DNA of 58,847 nt from Candidatus Berkelbacteria bacterium (lineage in GTDB: Bacteria > Patescibacteriota > UBA1384 > XYA2-FULL-43-10 > 1-14-0-10-43-13). The notes beneath the pieces are model-generated. The model ran no database searches. It worked only from the letters and a program-made list of their open reading frames with translations, and was not told the DNA's origin. The position numbers and the translations under genes are program-made. Where the stretch lies: contig JAPLVL010000060.1 in the NCBI GenBank assembly GCA_026397135.1, positions 8,458 to 67,304 on the forward strand, read 5' to 3'. Of this stretch, positions 32,314 through 41,644 are shown piece by piece; within the stretch, counting starts at the first letter, position 1; each line of letters opens with the position of its first letter.

Positions 32314-33379
32314 TTTTGCGATAAATCTTAATTCTCCCCCCAGAGTCGCCAGCGATAATCGATTCTGATCTCTCGTCCCAGGCAATATTGGTAATTGCCA
32401 CGCCGTCATTCCGGAATGTTTTCTTCGCCTTGCGACTTTCCAGATCGTAAATATTGATCTCACCATTTCGGTCGCCAGTACAGATGAACTTTGATTTTTC
32501 GTCGATACAGAGAGCTATCACCGGATTCTTGAGCAGAATTATTTCGGGCTCTCTGTGTAAGTCCATTGTATCATAGAGACGAATTCCTTTCTCCCCCGCC
32601 ACCACCATATTTTGTGTATTTGTTGTCAGAGCAGTGATCTTGTCTTCGTATTTATACGAAACTTCTGTTACGATCGGCCTATTAACAAACATCCCCATTT
32701 CCCCAATATCATGGATCTTGATTCTGTTCTGACTTGCAACAACAAACTTATCATCTGGTAAGAAGCTGATCCAGTGGATTGGTATCCCGATGTTACCAAC
32801 CAGCCGACATGGTGCACCATTTGAATAGAAATATCCAAGCTCCCCCTTGTCTGTCCCAGCCAGGAAAGTTTGGCGCTTCGGGTCTTCTGGCATTGCCAGC
32901 GCCACCTTGCCATAAGGATTTTTGAACCTCAAAGTATCTCTGAAACCATTGTTGACTCGATCAGAAAGATTAATTGTCCCCTCGCAGGTTGCGAAAAGCA
33001 TTTGTCTGGAAGTAGAATCTATGGCGATTTGATTGAGCGGAAACTCAACCGAAAAATCACTGATTATCTCTCCGCCAACATCACCGAGGCAGACATGGCT
33101 TCTATCGCAAAAGACAAAGAAATTGTTACCATCTTCAAAATCAGGTAGCGTGATTGAAACAATCTCTCCCATATTTGGAGCCAAAATTTCAGCTGTCTTC
33201 GCGTATCGAGCATAGGGATTGAGACTGTCCATTATCGGACTAATGATCAACTCAATATCAGCCACCACCTTTTTCTTGGCGGAAATATTTGAAATCAAGG
33301 AACCGTCTTGATCGAATTGCGATATCAATGGCACAGCTTGTCCCAAGGCCTCAGTTAATTTTTGGCAATCATATTTCAT
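32300..33379 (-). CDS. NCH-array paralog, class P (N-terminal Cys-helix module + WD40/PD40-like beta-propeller)
   Basis: 359-aa ORF. MKYDCQKLTEALGQAVPLISQFD. Blades TGDRNGEINIYDL, AGDSGGRIKIY. Confidence 0.85.
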   Translation of the reverse strand: MKYDCQKLTEALGQAVPLISQFDQDGSLISNISAKKKVVADIELIISPIMDSLNPYARYAKTAEILAPNMGEIVSITLPDFEDGNNFFVFCDRSHVCLGDVGGEIISDFSVEFPLNQIAIDSTSRQMLFATCEGTINLSDRVNNGFRDTLRFKNPYGKVALAMPEDPKRQTFLAGTDKGELGYFYSNGAPCRLVGNIGIPIHWISFLPDDKFVVASQNRIKIHDIGEMGMFVNRPIVTEVSYKYEDKITALTTNTQNMVVAGEKGIRLYDTMDLHREPEIILLKNPVIALCIDEKSKFICTGDRNGEINIYDLESRKAKKTFRNDGVAITNIAWDERSESIIAGDSGGRIKIYRKNDSE

Positions 33380-33396
33380 AGAGTTAAACTAATTGC

Positions 33397-33425
33397 TGTC
33401 TTTCCCGCGGAGGCGGGAATCCAAT
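33397..33425. repeat. REP-like hairpin (TTCCCGC-GGAG-GCGGGAA)
   Basis: ctgtctttcccgcggaggcgggaatccaatcc: a 7-bp stem at 33402-33419 with GTC...GGAATCC-type flanks typical of small bacterial palindromic elements. Confidence 0.45.
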
Positions 33426-33487
33426 CCTTATTCTATAATTTTATAGCTTGCTCACTATTTAATTTTTGCTTTTAACTTTTCACTATT

Positions 33488-34630
33488 TTAGGCTTTTCCG
33501 AAATCCGAAACTAATTTCTCTGATCGCTTCGGATCGCCGAAGAAAACAACGCCATATGTCGTCTCTCCGGTCTTGTCAATGCTGGAGAGGCAAAAGATAA
33601 GCGTCCCTGTCTCTTTGTCCTCAATAATATCGCTTCGAAGCTGGCTTGGAATGTTGCATTTGGCCACCAATTTACTTTTGTGCGTATCATAAATAAGTAG
33701 AGTCAAATCACTATATGGCGTACCAGAATAGAACAGGAAGTTTCCATCACTGAGTTTCTTCGGCCGTAGCATCCCAGGGAGGCTAGTTCCAAGGGGGTCA
33801 TCGCTAATTTGCTGATAGAGAGTGACTGGCACCTCCTCTATCGTTTTTTGCCTAAGCCAACCATATGAATAAAAGACCAGATGTGGCACACCGTTTTTGT
33901 CTTTGTAAATTTCGTATTTCTGTCCTGGATGGCTAAAAACCTTCGACTCCCCACTCAAGATGTCGTAAAGCACCGTGACATCTCGCGCTTTCCGATAGGT
34001 GATGCAATCAGAATCGAAGTGGTAAATTGCCGGAATCGTCTTGCCCTGGCAATCAGCTTCTTCAAGCAACTGACCGTCTCTGGAATAAATCCGGATCGCA
34101 CTGTTATTTTCAGTGCAAACGAAATTTTTGGTTAGTCCGATATTGCTAGCATCGGGATCGATCTCTGTATGCCAAACAGTGCCGAGATTGCCTGCATCAG
34201 TGCAGTAGAGTTGTTTGGAACCATCAATCGCTTTGATTACGGAATATAATTGGTTGCCATCGATTTTGGAAAACTCAATATTTTTGCGAAGTTCGTCGTT
34301 TTTCATATCTATTGTAAATTGCTCCTGCTTTTTGTCGTAGCGACAAACATACTTCTCATCTGAAATTTCACACTCAGAGTAGAGCTCTCCATTTGCAAAA
34401 CCAATGTCATGTATCGGGTATTTACTCGCTCCGAGACGCATAATTTCAGTGTATCGAGAATAATCGCGACGACAATTCTCCAATAGTCTGGAGACCTCCA
34501 CCCTGATTGAGTTTTGTAACGCAAAAGCAAGAGGATACGATTTTGGATTTTGAATTAATTTATCAAAATCTGCCGTGCTTTGACGGATTTCGAGAATCTT
34601 TTGGCTAAATTCAATACATTTCATTGTCAT
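33488..34630 (-). CDS. NCH-array paralog, class P (N-terminal Cys-helix module + divergent beta-propeller-like repeats)
   Basis: 380-aa ORF. MTMKCIEFSQKILEIRQSTADFD. Beta-rich C-terminal region. ATGA overlap at 34627-34630. Confidence 0.8.
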   Translation of the reverse strand: MTMKCIEFSQKILEIRQSTADFDKLIQNPKSYPLAFALQNSIRVEVSRLLENCRRDYSRYTEIMRLGASKYPIHDIGFANGELYSECEISDEKYVCRYDKKQEQFTIDMKNDELRKNIEFSKIDGNQLYSVIKAIDGSKQLYCTDAGNLGTVWHTEIDPDASNIGLTKNFVCTENNSAIRIYSRDGQLLEEADCQGKTIPAIYHFDSDCITYRKARDVTVLYDILSGESKVFSHPGQKYEIYKDKNGVPHLVFYSYGWLRQKTIEEVPVTLYQQISDDPLGTSLPGMLRPKKLSDGNFLFYSGTPYSDLTLLIYDTHKSKLVAKCNIPSQLRSDIIEDKETGTLIFCLSSIDKTGETTYGVVFFGDPKRSEKLVSDFGKA

Positions 34631-35817
34631 TTTAACGATTTCTTGTTTTGTTTGTTTTTGATCGGGTCGCCCAGAACCAGCAGAGAGAGGCTCTCATCAG
34701 AAGATTGTTGGAAGAGGACAACATTGCCGGTCGTCTTGTCCCTGGTCACAACCTTAATCACTACCTCTGTTTTGTCACCAAAATTTGATTTCTTCTCATA
34801 AACCAAGCCCTTCTCGAGGTCACAGAGATAAAAACAAAGCGTATTGTCTTTCGTGCCGCTCAAGGCTACCAGATTATTGTCCAGAAACCAAACTTGCATC
34901 TGTTTGGGAAAAGCACTACCTCTGAAAATGCCGGACTTCTTCTCTATTGGAATTACCTTTTGCGCCAGAGACGAGCGAGGCATCCGCGCATCGTCAATAT
35001 AAAGTTTGCCATCGTGGTAGAAACCGACCTGGAAATTCGGGCCAAAACCAACCGACTTCACAGTCTTGGGAATTCGCTTCTTCTCTACTACTCCTGCAAT
35101 TCGCCGTCTGGCAGGCTCAACAAAAACATACGACCCCGTGCCTTCATATATTATAACATCTTCCTCCGGTAAGCAGCCAATTATTTTTGCTTTCCGTTCA
35201 AATGTATTTAGAAAATCTTTCTCGAAAATCTTGCCTTTGGTACCTCTCTCGTCGATCACCAAGTACTCTGGTTTCGACTGATCGTAGAAGAAAACAAAAT
35301 TTTGAGTAGCAGCAAATGCATCAGCATCGCCATTAAATGTAGTTGCTTTGACTTGCTCTGTGTCCAAGTCCGCCTCCACGAAGCATACTTGGTCGCCTTC
35401 GCCTTTTCGCATTAGGAATATTTTTTCGTCAAAACTCTGGGAGGCAATCAATGGCAGAGGTTGAGCCAGAAACTCGTTTCCCGTTTCCGAGAAGTCCCGC
35501 GTATTTGATTTTTCCAAATCGATCGATCGGACCGATATCCTCTTGCCTTCATTGATCACACTGAACAGAAGCTTGTTCTTGTCAAAAGTCAGAGTACGAA
35601 GATCGCCTCGACCGGCTGAGAAAACGAAAAGTTCTCTGAATCGGCCAAAACTTAACTCTATGTTTTCGCAAATCCGGTCGATTATTGAGTCAATCACTTG
35701 TTTGGAATCGAAGCAATTGCCATATTGGCCTTTTTCGAAATCATTGTCAAAAATCTTCCGCTTGTACATACGGATCAGTTTGATTTCCTCTGTAATTTTC
35801 TGACATTCTGATGACAT
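34627..35817 (-). CDS. NCH-array paralog, class P (N-terminal Cys-helix module + divergent beta-propeller-like repeats)
   Basis: 396-aa ORF. MSSECQKITEEIKLIRMYKRKIFDNDFE. Beta-rich C-terminal region. Confidence 0.8.
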   Translation of the reverse strand: MSSECQKITEEIKLIRMYKRKIFDNDFEKGQYGNCFDSKQVIDSIIDRICENIELSFGRFRELFVFSAGRGDLRTLTFDKNKLLFSVINEGKRISVRSIDLEKSNTRDFSETGNEFLAQPLPLIASQSFDEKIFLMRKGEGDQVCFVEADLDTEQVKATTFNGDADAFAATQNFVFFYDQSKPEYLVIDERGTKGKIFEKDFLNTFERKAKIIGCLPEEDVIIYEGTGSYVFVEPARRRIAGVVEKKRIPKTVKSVGFGPNFQVGFYHDGKLYIDDARMPRSSLAQKVIPIEKKSGIFRGSAFPKQMQVWFLDNNLVALSGTKDNTLCFYLCDLEKGLVYEKKSNFGDKTEVVIKVVTRDKTTGNVVLFQQSSDESLSLLVLGDPIKNKQNKKSLK

Positions 35818-35979
35818 AAGTTCTTGATTTATTGACTTAGTATCGAATCGACCGAATCGACCGAATAATACCTTTGGTTCGATTTATTCGATTGATTCGA
35901 TTGATTCGGTATTCGGTTAGTCTAACTGGTTAATCCTTGCTTCTAGCTCTTTCAGACTTCTTTGGACTCTTTTGGACTT
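35818..35979 (-). repeat. Conserved intergenic module, copy g (divergent)
   Basis: tatcgaatcgaccgaatcgaccgaataatacctttggttcgatttattcgattgattcgattgattcggtattcgg: the same building blocks with extra cgaccgaa and gattgattc duplications. No clean octamer array. Confidence 0.65.
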
Positions 35980-37479
35980 TTAATCTTCTTCGTCCGGCTC
36001 AGCAGTATTGATATATCCGAAGACTGATCTGCCATACCGGTCAAGATAGTGAGGTGAATAGTCACTCTCAAATCCCATCATTACACCGCCATTATATCCG
36101 ATGGCGGTATCACCATAATAAAAATCGACAATATTACCTGCCGTATCAATAATAATTTGGGAGCCAGATTTGTCATCAGAGACGATCGCCCTACCTTCAC
36201 TGAAGAATGCCGGACCGCTGGAGTAGATAATTTCACCGTTTGGAAATCGAAGCGGCTCACCCTTCTTGTCTATGAAGTAGTATTGTGATTCATTTGAGTC
36301 AATATCCGCGTCTTTGTCATCAGCAAATTCAGAAACTATGGCAAATCCCTCGGAAAATTCAGAGCTTTCGGCGAAAATCTTGTTACTAATTGGCCCAAAC
36401 TCCGAATTTAGGAATATCTTGCCTCGGCTGTTTTGCTGCCTACCATCGACCGACCGATCGACTTGGAATATACCCTCGGACTCGGCTATCACGAACCAGT
36501 TATTCGGCATCTTGTGTGACCATCCGTTGGTTTTGAGGAGAGTTTCGGTCCAGCCATTGGTAATCAGATAATATTGTGAATTCTGGATTTCCCGCAATCC
36601 AACACCGAAGGATGGGAGCAGCTTCCTCACTCTACCTTCGCGATCAATCTGGCAAACCCTGAATCTTTCGCCCTCTGAAATGTTTGCCAGAGCAAAACCG
36701 TCACGAAATTCAGTAATATTATGAAATTTATCAATAGATTCATCAATCATAAATTTGAAGTTGCCTTCCATATCGACACACCAAGTATTTCCATCTTTCT
36801 TGACCCAAGCTAGCCCCTCATGAAAGCCGACCAGCAATTCAGAGTGCTCCAAGATCCTTTGACCCGTCTCAGTCAGGAAGAAATGGCCCTCCATCTTCTT
36901 CATTTTTGATTGTGCTGTCTGTGTCATCTTGTGCACGTAGATCGGAAATTCACACTTGTCCGCGTGAAGGCTGGAGAGACAATCATAATCTTTGGCCGAG
37001 AATTCCTGGCCAATCGGTTTGCCGGTAGTATCGACCAATTGGTAGTTGGATTCGGATACCACAACCAATACTTGATCGAAGGAGCGCTGCGCTTCCCTGA
37101 AGGGTCCGGCGACCAAGCTCTGGTCTATAATATTGACAAGATAAAATTCCTCCCGCTCGAAGCGTTTATCCCGTCCACCATCCTGATCAAGATTAACAAT
37201 TTCCCTAGCCGTTGCAATCCCGGACTTGTTGGGTGGCCAAATATATTCGAAACCAAATTTACCAGCCATTGCCTCTCTCTCATCGATATATCTATCGAAA
37301 CGAAAATCCCGTGACAAGGCTAGAACTTTTTCCGTTTCCGACTTGAGCTGACGAATAGCCAAAACTTTCTCACTTGTCCTGGATAAATCAAGGTTTCGCT
37401 CAGCCAAAACCTGGTCTCTTGCCCTGACCAAGAAATTTGAGATTTCAACGCAACCAATTTTTTGTTTCACGCGTTTCAT
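35980..37479 (-). CDS. NCH-array paralog, class W, long form (N-terminal Cys-helix module + WG-containing repeats, acidic C-tail)
   Basis: ATG 37479 gives MKRVKQKIGCVEISNFL, with Cys at position 10 as in the neighbouring paralog; the ORF-track TTG 37497 is possible but unsupported. Repeats FHEGLAWVKKDGNTWCVDMEG, FRDGFALAN, FSEGFAIVS, FSEGRAIVS. Tail EPDEED. Confidence 0.8.
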   Translation of the reverse strand: MKRVKQKIGCVEISNFLVRARDQVLAERNLDLSRTSEKVLAIRQLKSETEKVLALSRDFRFDRYIDEREAMAGKFGFEYIWPPNKSGIATAREIVNLDQDGGRDKRFEREEFYLVNIIDQSLVAGPFREAQRSFDQVLVVVSESNYQLVDTTGKPIGQEFSAKDYDCLSSLHADKCEFPIYVHKMTQTAQSKMKKMEGHFFLTETGQRILEHSELLVGFHEGLAWVKKDGNTWCVDMEGNFKFMIDESIDKFHNITEFRDGFALANISEGERFRVCQIDREGRVRKLLPSFGVGLREIQNSQYYLITNGWTETLLKTNGWSHKMPNNWFVIAESEGIFQVDRSVDGRQQNSRGKIFLNSEFGPISNKIFAESSEFSEGFAIVSEFADDKDADIDSNESQYYFIDKKGEPLRFPNGEIIYSSGPAFFSEGRAIVSDDKSGSQIIIDTAGNIVDFYYGDTAIGYNGGVMMGFESDYSPHYLDRYGRSVFGYINTAEPDEED

Positions 37480-37525
37480 TTGTTCTTGTGTACTCAATTA
37501 CTTCCACAGACTTTATAAACTTTCG

Positions 37526-37581
37526 ACCTGCCTACCGATCATCGACTCCGAGACCGCTCAGGCTCGAGGAGCAGGCAGGCT
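37526..37581. repeat. Imperfect long hairpin / REP-like element
   Basis: gacctgcctaccgatcatcgactccgagaccgctcaggctcgaggagcaggcaggc: outer arms cctgcct and aggcagg, partial inner pairing around ctcgag. Sits just after the stop of 37594..39081. Confidence 0.4.
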
Positions 37582-37593
37582 TTATGGACTTTT

Positions 37594-39081
37594 TCAGTCT
37601 ATTTCATCTTCTTCCTGATCATCCACTTCGCCGATGACTTCACCGCCGTAGCCAAAAACATCTTCGCCATAACGGTCGATATAGCTAGGTGCTATGTCAG
37701 AATCAACACTTCTGGCGACACCATCTTCGAAATCGGTAATATCATTGGAAAAGTAGCCACGGACATTGCCTTTGGTATCGATAAGCACATTTCTCCCGTC
37801 ACTGGCCAAAGAAATAGGAGCTCTCCCCTCCGAGAAATGGCTGAGATGGTCGAAATAGATAATTTCACCTTTGTCATCGCAAAGTGGCTTGCCTTCTCTG
37901 TCGATGAAGAAGCTTCCGGGATCGTTTATTTCGTTGCTTTCGGTTACAGCGACAAATCCTTCATGAAAGTCTCCAACAGCATAAAATCCTTTGCCCCCAC
38001 AGAGAGGTTTACCTTCTGTGTTTTGGAAGCAGTTGACATAACCAACCGAATCAGAATTAGGTATCTCACCCCCGACAGCTGGCCTCTCTATGTGGACAAT
38101 TCCATCCGAAATACCAAGTACAAAATGATCTTTTGGCACCTTTCGGCTCCATCCCGAAGTTTTACAAATCACGGATATATAGTCAGTTGCATCCCTGAGG
38201 GAATATATGCCCGACTCGTTTGTTCCCAGTTTGTCGCAGGTTACTAAATCCAGCTTGGTAATATTGCCCCCTTTGTCGATTCGATACAATCTGAAGTTAT
38301 TTCCCTCCAACTCTGTTGCCAGGGCAAAACCGTCCGAAAATTGCCTGACTTCGTTGAAAAATTTGGCTTCTTCGCCGAGAGTGAAGAGAATTTTCCCAGT
38401 CTGATCGATGAGGGAAATATTTTCCTTGTTTTTGACCCAAGCGACACCATCTGAAAAATCAGAATGCAGTTTGAATCCTTCCAATATTTTCTGACCAGTT
38501 TTGGTCAGGAAGAAAGAGGTATATAAATCTTTGTCACGGCTATAAATACAGATTGGAAACTTTAGTTTGTCAGAGTAGAGATTGTCGCAATCGTAGTCAA
38601 GATTGTAAAAACGCTCAGAAATCCGCACACCTTTCGTATTAATCAGATAAAAATCTCCACCATTGGACACTGGTAGTACATCGTCAACAATTTCTCCCAT
38701 CTTCTCAAACGGTCCGCAAATTACTTTGCCAGTATTCAGCTCGACCAAGAAATGTTCTTCCAGATTTATATAATCTCCACCCTGGACATAAAATGTTTCC
38801 TTTCGGGCTGTCGAAACACCCTCTCTATTGGGAGCCCAGACATAATCAAAGCCAAATTTCGCCGCCACCCTATCTCTCTTTTCGATCTGCTTATCCAATA
38901 TCAGGTCACGACTCTCGAAAAAGATGGCTTCGACCTCTTCTTTTAGTTTTCGCAGGTCCTCGACTTTTCTTTTCGTTTCAAATTTTGAATCCAGGTCTGC
39001 GTTCGCCAAAATCGAGGCAAATCTCCTAATCTGCTCCGTCGTCTCCGCACAAGAAATTTTTGGCCTTCCCCGACTTTTCAA
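37594..39081 (-). CDS. NCH-array paralog, class W, long form (N-terminal Cys-helix module + WG-containing repeats, acidic C-tail)
   Basis: Start moved to TTG 39081 (GGAGGG at 39090-39085), giving MKSRGRPKISCAETTEQI, parallel to MKRVKQKIGC of 35980..37479. Repeats FSDGVAWVKNKENISLIDQTGK, FSDGFALAT, FHEGFVAVT, FSEGRAPIS, FEDGVARSV. Tail DDQEEDEID. Confidence 0.8.
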   Translation of the reverse strand: MKSRGRPKISCAETTEQIRRFASILANADLDSKFETKRKVEDLRKLKEEVEAIFFESRDLILDKQIEKRDRVAAKFGFDYVWAPNREGVSTARKETFYVQGGDYINLEEHFLVELNTGKVICGPFEKMGEIVDDVLPVSNGGDFYLINTKGVRISERFYNLDYDCDNLYSDKLKFPICIYSRDKDLYTSFFLTKTGQKILEGFKLHSDFSDGVAWVKNKENISLIDQTGKILFTLGEEAKFFNEVRQFSDGFALATELEGNNFRLYRIDKGGNITKLDLVTCDKLGTNESGIYSLRDATDYISVICKTSGWSRKVPKDHFVLGISDGIVHIERPAVGGEIPNSDSVGYVNCFQNTEGKPLCGGKGFYAVGDFHEGFVAVTESNEINDPGSFFIDREGKPLCDDKGEIIYFDHLSHFSEGRAPISLASDGRNVLIDTKGNVRGYFSNDITDFEDGVARSVDSDIAPSYIDRYGEDVFGYGGEVIGEVDDQEEDEID

Positions 39082-39134
39082 ACACCCTCCAAGACTATTT
39101 AAACTAATCAATACCAATAACCAGTTGCTAAATA

Positions 39135-40260
39135 CTAGTCACCAGCCTTTTTCTTCGTTAATATCCGTACCTCTCCCTTCCGACTCAGGGTGACAATGTC
39201 GCCATTGTCCTTCAGAACAATCTGCTGGATCCTACCAGAAGCTGCCGGAATAGTATTGTGCATTCTCTTTGCCAAAGCTTGGTCCTTGTGACTGATGTCG
39301 GTGCAGGAGACTACCCCATCCACCTCTTCGGTCAGGCAGAAACGACCGTCATCGACAAGTGTCGTCGCGTCGGAATAATAGACAGTATCAAGCAGCTTCT
39401 TCTGACCTGTCTCAAATGAATATTCCATGAGATTACCGTCCTGGTAAATCAAACGATTACTCTCTCTATCGACAGAGATACTGGTCGCATCCGCCGAGAG
39501 TGATTTGACTTTCCCGCTTTCGATATCAATCAGGGAGAGCGGTCCCTCACCCAAAACGCGAAAGCTCAATTTTCCGAGGGGAGATGAAGACAAAAGGAAG
39601 TCTGATGATTTGCGAAGCAGAGTATCTCAAGATTGCCCTCGGAGAAAAACAATAGAGGCGATTTTCACACAAGAAAAAACTTTTCTTGCGACTCTCGAAA
39701 TAGAGCCTGGCTAAAATAGTAAAGAAACTGCCGCCACCTTCAATCCATTTTTCCGTCTGATTAGTCTCCATGTTATGTATGTAGTAAGCTCCTCGTGCTC
39801 CATTTCCATAGTAAAAGACCATTTCCTTGCCATCGGGCGAGAAAACTAATTCGGGACGAATCCCTGCATCAAAACCAAGATCTAAATTTCTAAAATCAAT
39901 CCGATACTCTTCCCTTGGCGCCGTCAGCTCTAATCCATTTTCCTTTATGCTACTAATATCGATGATTTTATCACTCATAATATTGACAAATTTACCGCTC
40001 TTGGGCACAATCGCCCCCGGATATTGGGTGAAACCGACGCTTGGCTGCTGGATATTTGAATAAAACTTCACACTTTTTTCGAGACTGTGATATTGCGACC
40101 AATCAAACTTAAACGATAGCCCATATTCAATCAGCGAACAAATTTCAGCATGCAGTTTCAGAAGCTGAGGCAAATTTTGTTTCTTGATTTCACCAAAATC
40201 GCTCATCTTCCTCTGAATTTCGAGCAAATTCTCTGTTAAATTTTGGCAACTTTTCTTCAT
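39135..40260 (-). pseudogene. NCH-array paralog, class P, split by a +1/-1 frameshift (ORFs 39547..40260 and 39135..39593)
   Basis: The upstream ORF has MKKSCQNLTENLLEIQRKMSDFGE and FSPDGKEMVFYYG. The downstream ORF continues with propeller-like sequence (GPLSLIDIESGKVKSL...). The two frames overlap at 39547-39640. Joined length of about 375 aa equals that of intact class P members. Confidence 0.7.
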
Positions 40261-40273
40261 ACTTCAATGTTTG

Positions 40274-40337
40274 TTTCCCAGCCTCCGCCCTTTCGACAAT
40301 GCTCAGGGTCCGAGTAATATTGAAGACTGGGATGACG
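40274..40337. repeat. REP/MITE-like element, family B (GTCATCCCAG...CTGGGA)
   Basis: tcccag (40276-40281) pairs with ctggga (40327-40332). Minus strand reads gtcatcccagtcttcaatattactcggaccctgagcattgtcgaaagggcggaggctggga. Longer copy at 51735-51831. Confidence 0.55.
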
Positions 40338-40387
40338 ACTATTAAAGATAAATCCTTAATCCTTAATAAACTTGATGAACTTTCAAC

Positions 40388-41458
40388 TTACGAACGGAAC
40401 CCTGAAATCTTCATCTTTGCCTTTGGCTTCTGCAATTTGTGCCAAAACCTCTTCTCCTTTGGCTGATTCTCCGGCAAATCCTCACCATTATAGAAGGTCC
40501 ATTTGGAATCATCAGAGAGTACTATCACTCCGCCAGGGCAAGGCATAACATCGCTCATTTCCTTCAAACCTTCCTTTTTGAAAAGCACTTTTTCCTGATT
40601 TAGCACTACTCGCCCATTAGCCTCATCAAATGCTATCAAACCGCCATCGGGGTGAAGCGCAACCTCACACATTCCCTCCCCCTCAAAAACGATCTCCGAT
40701 ATTCCCTTCGAGTAGAATGTCTTCATAATTCTGAAATTTCGCCACTCTTTGGGTTCTTCTTTCTGCATATGGAAAAACTCAAAATAAATTTCGCCATCTC
40801 TTCCTACCTCCCAACCAGAAATCCATGTCGAGTTGGTTGGCTCAGGGAAAAATGGGTTTTGATTGGGAATTTCCAGAATTTTCTCCTCATCGTTAAGCCA
40901 AAACTCACGACTTCGCTGGATCACAAACCCCTTCGGATGCGCTTTCCAGATGAAATGAACCTGATGATTTGGCTCATGATAAACTTCTTGGTCGTTTATG
41001 AAAAGTTTATCACCAACATGGACAATATATCCCCGAGGATGAGGGCGGACATCGAATACTTTCTCTTCTACCATTCCGTACTTGTCTGGTATGTCGCTCG
41101 GCTTCATCGCCGAGAAATCGGCAATCACTTTGCCATTGAGCAATATTTGCCAAACTTTATCATCTTCGAACATTATCCCCTCCGGGTGAGGGTACCAACA
41201 ATGTTTATATTCATCATAACTACAGCTACTTTGGTCGTCGCACCGAAAGACGGTTTCGCCATTTCGATATTTATTCCAGAAAATATAAGGATTGTGTTCG
41301 TAACATTCCTCCCGCATTTTGGCGATTTCCCTCTCGACACCTACCTTTATTCTCAGGGCAGATGCGATGCTCTCAGGTTTGACAAATATATCGAAAATTT
41401 TCATATTCGTCCTGATGCCTGAGATATCTTTTGATAATTTTTCGCAAAAATTTTCCAT
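40388..41458 (-). CDS. NCH-array paralog, class H (N-terminal Cys-helix module + HP[DK]G..LN[GD] repeats, uncharacterised)
   Basis: 356-aa ORF. MENFCEKLSKDISGIRTNMKIFD. Repeats YPHPEGIMF..LLNGK, RPHPRGYIVHVGDKLFINDQ, KAHPKGFVIQRSREFWLNDE, LHPDGGLIAFDEANGRVVLNQE, PCPGGVIVLSDDSKWTFYNG. Confidence 0.85.
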   Translation of the reverse strand: MENFCEKLSKDISGIRTNMKIFDIFVKPESIASALRIKVGVEREIAKMREECYEHNPYIFWNKYRNGETVFRCDDQSSCSYDEYKHCWYPHPEGIMFEDDKVWQILLNGKVIADFSAMKPSDIPDKYGMVEEKVFDVRPHPRGYIVHVGDKLFINDQEVYHEPNHQVHFIWKAHPKGFVIQRSREFWLNDEEKILEIPNQNPFFPEPTNSTWISGWEVGRDGEIYFEFFHMQKEEPKEWRNFRIMKTFYSKGISEIVFEGEGMCEVALHPDGGLIAFDEANGRVVLNQEKVLFKKEGLKEMSDVMPCPGGVIVLSDDSKWTFYNGEDLPENQPKEKRFWHKLQKPKAKMKISGFRS

Positions 41459-41644
41459 TTACCGCCAAAAATGGTTACTACAAATAACCGGAATTAAATA
41501 TAATTTTTACCGCCTTTTCTTGGGTATATTTCTCCCTCCAAAAAATGCTTATCTATATCTTAGCAGATAATCAAAGAAAAAGTTAAATAACTGCTCACTC
41601 ACCCTATTTGTCATCCTGAGGAACCTGACAAGCTTAATAAACTC

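Noticed and set aside
33299-33379. N-terminal Cys as a lipoprotein lipobox or signal peptide
   Set aside because: The Cys sits at residue 4-12 with polar or charged neighbours (D-C-Q-K). There is no preceding hydrophobic h-region or L-x-x-C lipobox context.
35818-35979. tRNA or other structured RNA gene in spacers containing GGTTCGAT-like strings
   Set aside because: The ggttcgatt string is part of the cgattcgat repeat family. No acceptor or anticodon arm geometry could be drawn. No rRNA or tRNA gene was recognised anywhere in the window.
40652-41422. Long antisense plus-strand ORFs (40652..41422 256 aa, 19234..19827 197 aa, 28698..29186 162 aa, 52427..52894, 14955..15413, 55980..56447)
   Set aside because: They lie entirely opposite well-supported family genes. 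They lack SD sites and recognisable motifs and have skewed composition typical of shadow frames.
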